IMG/VR virus record: IMGVR_UViG_3300025168_000363
Location: 1 to 31,960 of that record
Strand: one strand, 5' to 3'
Length of the DNA stretch: 31,960 nt
Source: a virus
Taxonomy: Duplodnaviria > Caudoviricetes
The position numbers were made by a program, and so were the translations under genes. This document shows, piece by piece, positions 1 to 6,822 of this stretch. How positions within the stretch are numbered: position 1 is the first letter of the stretch; every line of letters starts with the position of its first letter. The notes below the pieces were generated by a model. It did not search any database, was not told where the DNA came from, and saw only the letters and a list, made by a program, of their open reading frames with translations.

Positions 1-1
1 A

Positions 2-817
2 ACTGGGACAGTTGATGGTGTAGACATTGCAACCAGAGACGGTGTGTTAACGGCTGTAGTAGACGTGGCCGTTGCAGCTTTGCCTAAAGCAGGCGGCACT
101 ATGACAGGGGCTTTAAATGGAACCATCCTTAATGCAACCACTAGTGTCTCATCTGCCAGCGTATCTGCTGTGAATTTAAATGCAACGACTGCCTCTGCGT
201 TGAACTTGACGGTTTCAACGGCAACTGTTTCTAACTTGACGGTTGGAAGCATCCCAACTGCCAACACAGTTGATAATGATGGATCAATAGCGACATCGTT
301 AGGTGTGCAAAGAATCCCTCACGTCCATGGGCAATTTATTTGGACTAGATTTGGTACTGCGGGAACTCAATCCTCGGCAGGAAACCTAACCACTCTTGGA
401 AACGGAATCACTACTGCATCAGATATTGAAATAGTTAAGAGTATTCCTGATGGCGCAGCGGCGGGTGACGATACCCTTATGAGCTATACTATTGCTACGG
501 GAGATGGGGGAACGGCCAAGTGGAATGTTGGAGACACTCAAGGCATTTACAAAATTAACCTAAATGCCATAGTATACAACTCTACATCAAATCCAAACAC
601 AGCTATCAATATCAAGGTTAACGGAACCGCAGTAGGAGGGGCTACAGGGCTGTTTGTTACGGGGGGATCGTTTATTAGCCATCAATCAAAACCCGTCTCC
701 TTTGAGTGGGTGGGGTTAGTTAGAAGTTCTTGGGACATTACCATCGATGCTACATCGAATAGTGGTAATACTAACTTCCTAGCGGGAACCACAGTAACTA
801 TTACTAGGATTGCATAA
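2..817 (+). CDS. Tail fibre / virion fibre protein, C-terminal part (5' truncated by window edge)
   Basis: The frame is open from base 2 (TGTVDGVDIATRDGVLTA...), so the GTG at 44 is probably not the start. It contains the common phage-fibre motif ALPKAGGTMTGAL, a Ser/Thr/Asn-rich shaft with ~5-residue periodicity, and a beta-rich C-terminal domain ending TTVTITRIA (collagen-head/C1q-like appearance). Confidence 0.65.
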   Translation, partial: TGTVDGVDIATRDGVLTAVVDVAVAALPKAGGTMTGALNGTILNATTSVSSASVSAVNLNATTASALNLTVSTATVSNLTVGSIPTANTVDNDGSIATSLGVQRIPHVHGQFIWTRFGTAGTQSSAGNLTTLGNGITTASDIEIVKSIPDGAAAGDDTLMSYTIATGDGGTAKWNVGDTQGIYKINLNAIVYNSTSNPNTAINIKVNGTAVGGATGLFVTGGSFISHQSKPVSFEWVGLVRSSWDITIDATSNSGNTNFLAGTTVTITRIA

Positions 818-823
818 TCACCC

Positions 824-1060
824 ATGACCGTACACGTACACCTGTACCCAGTAGGGTCTACTCAAACATGCCCAGACTTTACTACTGCTTTAACAGAAGC
901 AGAAATTTATGTAATGTGGGATGCCTCTAGACATGCCATCTTTACAAGAGAAGATAAGACTCAAGCTCGCTTAAATATGACCTACGAGGAAGAGTTTATT
1001 GATGACTCGGGTAGAACAAGCTGGCTAGATTGCAGCGCAACAGTAACCGAGTTGGACTAG
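824..1060 (+). CDS. Small acidic hypothetical protein (possible fibre chaperone/accessory)
   Basis: 78 aa ATG ORF starting 6 nt after the fibre gene stop, on the same strand. The function is inferred from position only. Confidence 0.55.
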   Translation: MTVHVHLYPVGSTQTCPDFTTALTEAEIYVMWDASRHAIFTREDKTQARLNMTYEEEFIDDSGRTSWLDCSATVTELD

Positions 1061-1079
1061 AATACACCTAGTGTCACTC
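1049..1079. terminator. Imperfect hairpin at a convergent gene junction, possible terminator
   Basis: GAGTTGGACTAG-aatacac-CTAGTGTCACTC can pair with two mismatches and one G-U. It lies at the convergent stops at 1060 (+) and 1081 (-). There is no clear U-tract. Confidence 0.2.
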
Positions 1080-1080
1080 C

Positions 1081-1326
1081 TTAACCTAAAAGCATATCAC
1101 CTCTTTTAAGGGAGTTGAATAGGCGGGTGTAGAAAAGCTCACGGAGAGAATCTAACTCTCTCATTACATTCGTTATGTTTCTAACGGTCTGTTCATTAAT
1201 TTTACCGTTAGACTTGAGATCTTTTAGTAGATCTACACATGCATCAATTGAATTCAATTGATCTTTGGTAATTTTGTTGATTGTATCAACCTGTGCTTGT
1301 TTAGTAATTATTTCAGAATTTGACAT
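1081..1326 (-). CDS. Small helical hypothetical protein downstream of the helicase (positional analogue of T4 UvsW.1)
   Basis: 81 aa with an amphipathic helical pattern. It overlaps the helicase stop by 14 nt and is preceded by a GAGGT SD-like sequence inside the helicase 3' end. Confidence 0.65.
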   Translation of the reverse strand: MSNSEIITKQAQVDTINKITKDQLNSIDACVDLLKDLKSNGKINEQTVRNITNVMRELDSLRELFYTRLFNSLKRGDMLLG

Positions 1327-2698
1327 TGTTTACCTCGAATTTTAATCTCTTATAGTGGTGAATTCTTTGATTTGAATGGCCCTCTAGATAGGGTATTCGA
1401 TCATAGAAATCATAGAAATACATTTCATCCTTACCTTCCGCTTTACGAATACCCCTACCTAATCCTTGCAACGTGGGAACTTCACCAGACAATCCTCTAG
1501 CATTAATCATATGAGTAATCTCATCGATACTTATGCCAGTCTGCATGACGTTAGTGCCTACAATGGTAGCAGCTTTCTTATCCTTTACAAACTTGTTAAT
1601 AATATTGTATCTATCATCGATATCATCCTTACCTTCAATTGTGTAACAATTTCCAATTCTGAATTGTAAGTTTTCAACATGTTGTAGGTTCTTTACAAGT
1701 ATCAGGATTTTTGCATTCGGGTTGGAATGATACACCTTTAACACTATATTTTTAATGATATCGTTACGCTTATTGCAGTTTACTATATACTGGTCGTAGA
1801 CATCGAGGTATGTTAGGTCTTCTGAAACTGCGGAAACAGGGGCGTTATCGACTATCTGGATAATGGGTTTAGCGAGAGATCCATCCTTAATTAAATCCTC
1901 AGCCGTTCTAGTTGTGTAGACAGGTCCAAATGCGCCCTCTAGGACCATCCTGCCGTTGATATCCTTTGATATCTCCCTTGGGGGTGTTGCTGTAAATGCG
2001 AGCCTGTAGAGGGCATTAGGGAAGCTCTCTATGGCAGCGATGGTAGTCTCTCCTTTACAGAATTGGTGAGCCTCATCTACCATAAGCAATTCGGCTTGTT
2101 GTAGGTGGGTATCTACTATACGTTCTACACTTTGCACTGTAGAAAGCATTACTTTACCATGGATGTAACCTTCACCTGAGTTACATCCTAAATCTCTAAT
2201 ACCACACTTTTTAAAGAATTCGTATGTCTGCTTTAGGATGCCTTTTTCTCTAAAAAGAACAACTGCGGTAAGGTCTTTACCATGTTGTAGGGCAGCGATA
2301 CATCCTGCCATAATCAGAGTTTTTCCAGATCCAGTAGGGCTGTCAATAATTGCCCTTTTATTTTTAAGACATTCGTAGATAGCTTTCTCTTGATATTCTC
2401 GGTATTCAAACTCTGATACTGAGGGGATATAAGGCTCCTCTTGCTCTGGCTTATTTTCCCATTCGATATTTTTAGCTCCGATCTTTTCAAGATCTTTTAA
2501 GATTCGAGGAAGTAGTCCGGTTCTAAACTTACCACTGGAATTGAAGTAACGTTTCTTCCCATCCCATCTTCTACTCCTGTAGGCTGGTGAGTACTGATAC
2601 CCAGGAACAGAAAATGAATATTTGTCTCGTAATGTCGCAATAATCTCAGGATTATCTGTTTCTAGCTTTGTCGTTAAGTTATCCACGATCAACTTCAT
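1313..2698 (-). CDS. uvsW: Superfamily 2 DNA helicase, T4 UvsW-like
   Basis: N-terminal FSVPGYQYSPAYRSRRWDGK matches the UvsW-type N-terminal motif. It also has a Q motif (REYQ), Walker A (SPTGSGKT), DEAH (VDEAH), motif III (TAT), motif V (TGISI) and motif VI (QGLGRGIR). Confidence 0.9.
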   Translation of the reverse strand: MKLIVDNLTTKLETDNPEIIATLRDKYSFSVPGYQYSPAYRSRRWDGKKRYFNSSGKFRTGLLPRILKDLEKIGAKNIEWENKPEQEEPYIPSVSEFEYREYQEKAIYECLKNKRAIIDSPTGSGKTLIMAGCIAALQHGKDLTAVVLFREKGILKQTYEFFKKCGIRDLGCNSGEGYIHGKVMLSTVQSVERIVDTHLQQAELLMVDEAHQFCKGETTIAAIESFPNALYRLAFTATPPREISKDINGRMVLEGAFGPVYTTRTAEDLIKDGSLAKPIIQIVDNAPVSAVSEDLTYLDVYDQYIVNCNKRNDIIKNIVLKVYHSNPNAKILILVKNLQHVENLQFRIGNCYTIEGKDDIDDRYNIINKFVKDKKAATIVGTNVMQTGISIDEITHMINARGLSGEVPTLQGLGRGIRKAEGKDEMYFYDFYDRIPYLEGHSNQRIHHYKRLKFEVNNVKF

Positions 2699-2700
2699 AT

Positions 2701-2711
2701 ACTATAATAGT
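2701..2711. promoter_or_regulatory. Palindromic element ACTATAATAGT; candidate bidirectional -10 box
   Basis: Perfect palindrome around a central base, in the 37-nt gap between the divergent helicase (2698) and gp26-like gene (2736). It reads TATAAT on + and TATTAT on -. Confidence 0.45.
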
Positions 2712-2735
2712 TTATTAGAAAACTATGAGTATCTT

Positions 2736-3491
2736 ATGAGTGAAGTTAGAAAAATTACGGCAGACGTGACCAGTCAAAGAGACAGTGCATTAGATGATCT
2801 TTTTGGAAAAGTAAAAGACACTTCCATGACTGTTACAAAATTACCCTCAAAGGGTAAGTTCTACAGTGACTTTAATGGTATTAAAATTTCTCCATTAAAG
2901 TTTTTAGATGAGCAACTGATTCTTACGGGTAAGGACATAGAGAAGGATATTGTTACTGAACTTCTTGAGAAGACGGTTGAAGGCATTAATGTTAATGAAA
3001 TCCTCTTAATGGATAAGAATTACTTATTGATGAAGCTACGAGAGGTCTCCTACGGTGACGATTACGAGTTCGGAGTAGTCTGCAATCACTGTAGCCATGA
3101 ATCTAAATCCAAGATTGAGCTATCCAAGCAACTGAACCTAACCCAAATCCCAGATGCTTTCGAAGATCCTAGAACGATAATTTTACCTAAATTAGGTGTA
3201 GAGACTGTAATTAGGCTTCCTAGAAATCGAGAAGAACCCTACTTAATGGATACCGAAACCATCTACAAGAACCTATACAGGTTTGTAGTGTCCCTTAATG
3301 GCAATACTGATCCTGTATTTATATCTAAGGCTATTGATAGGATGGAAATTGCAGACGCTAAGACCTTGTTTAGGGAGATTACGGTAACGAAATATGGCAT
3401 TGACCCTAGGTTCGTATTTAAGTGCGGGAAATGTGGGCATAAAGAAACGCTTGCAGTACCGATAGATGCCGGTTTTTTTTCAGTGAGCTAA
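2736..3491 (+). CDS. Baseplate hub / tail assembly protein, T4 gp26-like (Zn-binding), 251 aa unshifted product
   Basis: Contains the KLPSKGKFY motif, the D-x2-YLLMKLREVSYG helix, two CxxC pairs (CNHC, CGKC) and a C-terminal 'GFF'. These are typical of gp26-like hub assembly proteins. The start is moved to ATG 2736 because the 2622 extension overlaps the divergent helicase. Confidence 0.75.
   Translation: MSEVRKITADVTSQRDSALDDLFGKVKDTSMTVTKLPSKGKFYSDFNGIKISPLKFLDEQLILTGKDIEKDIVTELLEKTVEGINVNEILLMDKNYLLMKLREVSYGDDYEFGVVCNHCSHESKSKIELSKQLNLTQIPDAFEDPRTIILPKLGVETVIRLPRNREEPYLMDTETIYKNLYRFVVSLNGNTDPVFISKAIDRMEIADAKTLFREITVTKYGIDPRFVFKCGKCGHKETLAVPIDAGFFSVS
3473..3480 (+). other. Slippery site (T8; T-TTT-TTT heptamer) for a putative programmed -1 frameshift
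   Basis: GGT TTT TTT TCA GTG AGC TAA closes the gp26-like ORF. A -1 slip leads into a 59-codon open frame ending at TAA 3656-3658. Confidence 0.7.
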
Positions 3492-3658
3492 CAGAAACTT
3501 TAACCTCTGAGGATCTGCTCCAACAAGCCTACATATTAGTAAGCAAAATTGGATTTTCTTATTCTGATGTTAAGACTATGACTAAAAAAGAACGGATGTC
3601 TTTCTTAAAGTTTTATTCAGAAGAGATGAAGAGGATGGAGAATCGATATGAAAATTAA
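3479..3658 (+). CDS. gp51-like hub/tail assembly chaperone segment, -1 frame extension of the gp26-like gene (not in ORF track)
   Basis: Translates FSELTETLTSEDLLQQAYILVSKIGFSYSDVKTMTKKERMSFLKFYSEEMKRMENRYEN*. The 'GFSYSDVxxM-x3-R' pattern resembles short gp51-like/tail-chaperone C-terminal domains. The frame is closed upstream by TAA at 3440 and has no ATG/GTG/TTG before 3578. It fills the gap up to the next gene. Confidence 0.7.
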   Translation, partial: FSELTETLTSEDLLQQAYILVSKIGFSYSDVKTMTKKERMSFLKFYSEEMKRMENRYEN

Positions 3659-4604
3659 CGGATACCAAGTCGTAACTAGGCATGAGAGACCTACTGTTCT
3701 AGGACCGACTGCTCTTTTACTTTACTTTATAAATGATGGTCAATATACCGACCCCTATGAAATTAGTGGCGTCTCCATATTCAAATCTTCAAATAACCAA
3801 TTTCCAAGCTCTGTCATAGGCTCTAACGGGCAAATTGACTATGCTGCAACTGGTCAAGTTCTGATGAACTTCACCAATACAAACTCACAAACCACTTCCA
3901 CGGACTTTAATCCTACTAATTACGACCCTGGGGAGGGTACTGCTTCCGGCATCTATAGACTTGACCCTGGTAAATATGCAGTAGTCCTAAACCAGCCTTC
4001 AGTTCAACCTAGTGGTGAATTTAATCTTTCAAGCGGTCCAAACTCGGTCAGGATACTTAATGGAGTTTCTTCTACGGGAGATTACCTTGATGTTTGGACT
4101 GTTAACAGGGTAGCTGGGTCTCAACTAGATACAATTATTAACGAGTTCACCTTAACAGAAGATAGGTTCTTTGGTGTAACAGAGCCTCTTCTCTTCCGTT
4201 GCTCCACAAGGCTTGAGAATAACTTTTTAGTATTAGGGTCTAAGGTAGACCTGAAATTCACAAATGAGTTTACTCTTGAGAACGCTAATATTGACAGAAG
4301 CATTACTAACCTCTTTAAGCAGTCTCTGGTGACTGATCCAATGCTTGAAATCTATAAGAAAAACCAAGACAGGAACCTACCTGCTAGAGTTGAAGTATCA
4401 GGATACACAGCGACTTCTGCGGTTATGGATACTACGTCTGAGGACACTGTCGTGTTCAGCTTTGATACTGAAGCCTTAAAAACGCATCCTAGGTTACTGG
4501 ATGGGACTCTAGGTTCTATGACCGGCACGTATGTGGCTAGGCTTAAATTCTCTGCATTGAATCAAGTAGTTGTATCAAACGAGATGGCCTTTATTATACG
4601 ATAG
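3648..4604 (+). CDS. Hypothetical virion structural protein, probably two beta-sandwich (Ig-like) domains
   Basis: 318 aa, beta-strand-rich, with 'GIYRLDPGKYAV', 'TGDYLDVWTV' and 'TGTYVARLKF' strand motifs typical of Ig-like virion domains. It overlaps the end of the frameshifted ORF. Confidence 0.55.
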   Translation: MKINGYQVVTRHERPTVLGPTALLLYFINDGQYTDPYEISGVSIFKSSNNQFPSSVIGSNGQIDYAATGQVLMNFTNTNSQTTSTDFNPTNYDPGEGTASGIYRLDPGKYAVVLNQPSVQPSGEFNLSSGPNSVRILNGVSSTGDYLDVWTVNRVAGSQLDTIINEFTLTEDRFFGVTEPLLFRCSTRLENNFLVLGSKVDLKFTNEFTLENANIDRSITNLFKQSLVTDPMLEIYKKNQDRNLPARVEVSGYTATSAVMDTTSEDTVVFSFDTEALKTHPRLLDGTLGSMTGTYVARLKFSALNQVVVSNEMAFIIR

Positions 4605-5531
4605 CCAATCTAGGGTTAATGCGGTCATTTCCATAGTCGAAGTTGCCGCACTTAGAAGACTATCAGGACCTCCTTTGACTAGGATCTCATTCCAGTCCTT
4701 GGACCCTTGAGGGGGTATTACAGTTTGAATGTCATCACGACGTGCCCACTGTGCAAGCTTTAAGAACTTAGAGCGACCCTCCATCCCTGCACCGTCACTA
4801 TCAAACGCGCATACTAGAGGTCCTTGATACTGAGCAAGCTGAAGCATCTGTTCACGGCTCGTAAAGCAGCTTAGAGTCGTTGTTGCATTCAACCCTACTG
4901 CCTGTAGGCTTAAGCAGTCAAAGGCTCCCTCAGTGACGTACAGGGGCTTGTGAGAGTCATACTCAAAGGGGTATAGAACCTGAGAACTCTTAAGATCCCT
5001 ACAGTTGAGATATTTGGGTAACTCCCCTTTAAGAGACCTTCCCTGAAAGTAGAACAGCTTATTCCTACTGTTAATAAATGGAATGATTAAGCGACCCTTA
5101 TACTTACCATCTCGGGCAATCATGAACCTGAAACCTTTTAGCATACGGCTTTCAATCAGCGGGTGCGTATCGATCTCCTCAAAGTTATCAGCCTCATCTA
5201 AACTAGACTTAATTTTATGAGGATTTACCGGCTCGACGTTACGTCCCCTGGTGAAGCTACCTTGTGCTAGAAAATCCTCAAACACGAACTTCTCATAAGC
5301 TTCTTGGAAAGAGCACTTCTCAAGTGTCGCATAAAGCTTCACGAAGTTCCCAGTCTCGCCACTTTTGAAGCACCTCCACAAGCCTGTTTCCAGGTTAATA
5401 GACATGTGCCTCTTATAGTCATTCTCTAGGAATAATGATGGAACTACTAGTTCCGCATCATCACTGGTAAGTCTATAATTAGACTGGAACTTGCCCAAGC
5501 AATACTTTCTAATGTAAGAACTATCCGCCAT
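4575..5531 (-). CDS. DNA primase (DnaG/TOPRIM type) with degenerate N-terminal zinc-binding domain
   Basis: Contains GRLIIPF...YFQGRSL...PKYLN, the TOPRIM motifs VTEGAFD and AFDSDGAG, and KDWNE. The N-terminal 'MSINLETGLWRCFKSGETGN' resembles a CHC2 finger remnant. The most plausible start is ATG 5531 (MADSSYI); upstream ATGs lie inside the divergent nuclease. Confidence 0.85.
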   Translation of the reverse strand: MADSSYIRKYCLGKFQSNYRLTSDDAELVVPSLFLENDYKRHMSINLETGLWRCFKSGETGNFVKLYATLEKCSFQEAYEKFVFEDFLAQGSFTRGRNVEPVNPHKIKSSLDEADNFEEIDTHPLIESRMLKGFRFMIARDGKYKGRLIIPFINSRNKLFYFQGRSLKGELPKYLNCRDLKSSQVLYPFEYDSHKPLYVTEGAFDCLSLQAVGLNATTTLSCFTSREQMLQLAQYQGPLVCAFDSDGAGMEGRSKFLKLAQWARRDDIQTVIPPQGSKDWNEILVKGGPDSLLSAATSTMEMTALTLDWLSYNKGHLV

Positions 5532-6348
5532 GTTTATAAATAATATTAGTGCCTCTCGCAGTGACATCATAGACCAATGCCTATGGAAATACAAGCTGAG
5601 ATATGTAGACAGGTTACCGGGATTCGGTGCCAAGAATGAAGATGCTTTGAATTTCGGTTCCTTTATTCATAAAGTATTCGAACTTGGATACAAGGAGAAT
5701 GACTTAAAGTCTCTTCTTAAGCTTGCGGAACAGGAGCGAGCGACTTACAAAGTTCCATTTCATGAGAATGAAAGAATGAAGACTTGCCTGGAAAACTTCC
5801 TGATCTGGAATCAAAAGATGGGAGAAACTGTCTCAACTGAGCAGTCGGTAAGCATACCTCTTGACGAGAAGAATGACATTAGTTTCGTAGGTATTATTGA
5901 CCGAGTTGTTAAGGGTCGAGAAGGGGGTTACCTAGTTATTGACTACAAGACATCCAAAAAGGAGAAAAGGAAGAAGACTCTTATGGATGACAACCAGTTG
6001 AAGGGATACGCATGGGCCATGCATATGCTTCATGGTGTTCCTTATGAGAGTATTTATTGTGCTCACTACTACCCGGTCACTGGCAATTTTGTTGCTGTTA
6101 AGTTTACTAGATTCCAAATCGAACGATGGAAGAAACAGCAGATTGAAAAAGTCTGGAGGATTAGAAAGAAGAAGAAAGATGAGTTCTGGGCGCAGGAGAA
6201 CATCTTCTGTAATTGGTGTGAGTATAAGGAGGCTTGTCCTAAGTTTCACTCAGAGGAGGTTGTTTGCAAGCGTATCGATGAGCAGAAAGAACTGAAGAAA
6301 TCAACGAGTAAGGCAGTTGTAAACAGTAAAACAGACAAAGTAAAATAG
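5530..6348 (+). CDS. PD-(D/E)XK RecB-family exonuclease, Cas4/AddB-like with predicted 4Fe-4S ligands
   Basis: Contains ISAS...QCLWKY, FGSFIHKVFE, the catalytic GIIDRV / VIDYKT / QLKGYA motifs, and C-terminal CNWCEYKEAC (C-x2-C-x5-C). Confidence 0.88.
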   Translation: MFINNISASRSDIIDQCLWKYKLRYVDRLPGFGAKNEDALNFGSFIHKVFELGYKENDLKSLLKLAEQERATYKVPFHENERMKTCLENFLIWNQKMGETVSTEQSVSIPLDEKNDISFVGIIDRVVKGREGGYLVIDYKTSKKEKRKKTLMDDNQLKGYAWAMHMLHGVPYESIYCAHYYPVTGNFVAVKFTRFQIERWKKQQIEKVWRIRKKKKDEFWAQENIFCNWCEYKEACPKFHSEEVVCKRIDEQKELKKSTSKAVVNSKTDKVK

Positions 6349-6450
6349 CCCCATTACAAGCATACCTCCTGCACCATCGTCATCTTCGGCATACTGGTCA
6401 GACTCATTGAGTTGTCTTAGGATCGATTGCTTATAGTCTTTAAGGTTCAT
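6301..6450 (-). CDS. 49-aa small protein with C-terminal hydrophobic segment (not in ORF track)
   Basis: Translates MNLKDYKQSILRQLNESDQYAEDDDGAGGMLVMGLFYFVCFTVYNCLTR*. Its ATG overlaps the TGA of the upstream 99-aa gene (ATGA coupling), and it fills the otherwise empty 6349-6446 gap. Confidence 0.55.
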   Translation of the reverse strand: MNLKDYKQSILRQLNESDQYAEDDDGAGGMLVMGLFYFVCFTVYNCLTR

Positions 6451-6746
6451 TGTAGTTCTTTTTCTTTAAGGTTCCCTGATATTATGGGTCTGTAGATCTT
6501 AATGTCAATATCATTTAAGAAACTAAATACAACTTCATTATTGAAACCTGAATCAACTGTAAGAAACTTATTTACAGTTTCTATTTTTAAAGGTTTTCTA
6601 CTATCTAAAGACTTTAAAAGTCTTATTTGAAATAAACTAGGTAATCTTTTACCATATTTATATGACCATTTATCTACAAAGTCACTAGAGAAAGTAAAAT
6701 TCAATAAATCTATTGTTTCAATCAAGTCCTGTTCTAAGTTTACCAT
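6447..6746 (-). CDS. Hypothetical protein (99 aa)
   Basis: ATG ORF in a very AT-rich stretch, directly preceded by a TATAAATA box. There is no competing long ORF. Confidence 0.65.
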   Translation of the reverse strand: MVNLEQDLIETIDLLNFTFSSDFVDKWSYKYGKRLPSLFQIRLLKSLDSRKPLKIETVNKFLTVDSGFNNEVVFSFLNDIDIKIYRPIISGNLKEKELQ

Positions 6747-6752
6747 ATTAAT

Positions 6753-6760
6753 TATTTATA
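6753..6760 (-). promoter_or_regulatory. T4-type late promoter box TATAAATA
   Basis: Exact T4 gp55 late promoter consensus on the - strand, 6 nt upstream of ATG 6746. Confidence 0.55.
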
Positions 6761-6790
6761 GATGATAGGTACCCACACCCAGACTCTGTA

Positions 6791-6798
6791 TATAAATA
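6791..6798 (+). promoter_or_regulatory. T4-type late promoter box TATAAATA heading the tail operon
   Basis: Exact consensus 24 nt upstream of ATG 6823, at the start of the 25-kb + strand structural operon. Confidence 0.6.
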
Positions 6799-6822
6799 TT
6801 AGAAATAGTAAAAGATATTACA

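Noticed and set aside
44-46. GTG start for the first ORF
   Set aside because: The frame is open back to base 2 with fibre-like sequence, so the gene begins before the window.
120-250. Short near-repeats in the fibre gene (AACTTGACGGTT twice; TTAATGCAAC/TAAATGCAAC)
   Set aside because: They are explained by the periodic beta-shaft protein repeat (NLTV, LNATT) and are not an independent DNA element.
2622-2735. N-terminal 38-codon extension of the gp26-like ORF given in the ORF track
   Set aside because: It overlaps the start of the divergent helicase and spans the candidate promoter. ATG 2736 is the more plausible start.
5532-5633. N-terminal extension of the primase ORF given in the ORF track
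   Set aside because: It lies antisense within the conserved N-terminus of the nuclease and shows no primase-like sequence.
5530-6822. CRISPR-Cas locus suggested by the Cas4-like gene
   Set aside because: No direct-repeat/spacer array and no cas1, cas2 or effector genes are visible in the window.
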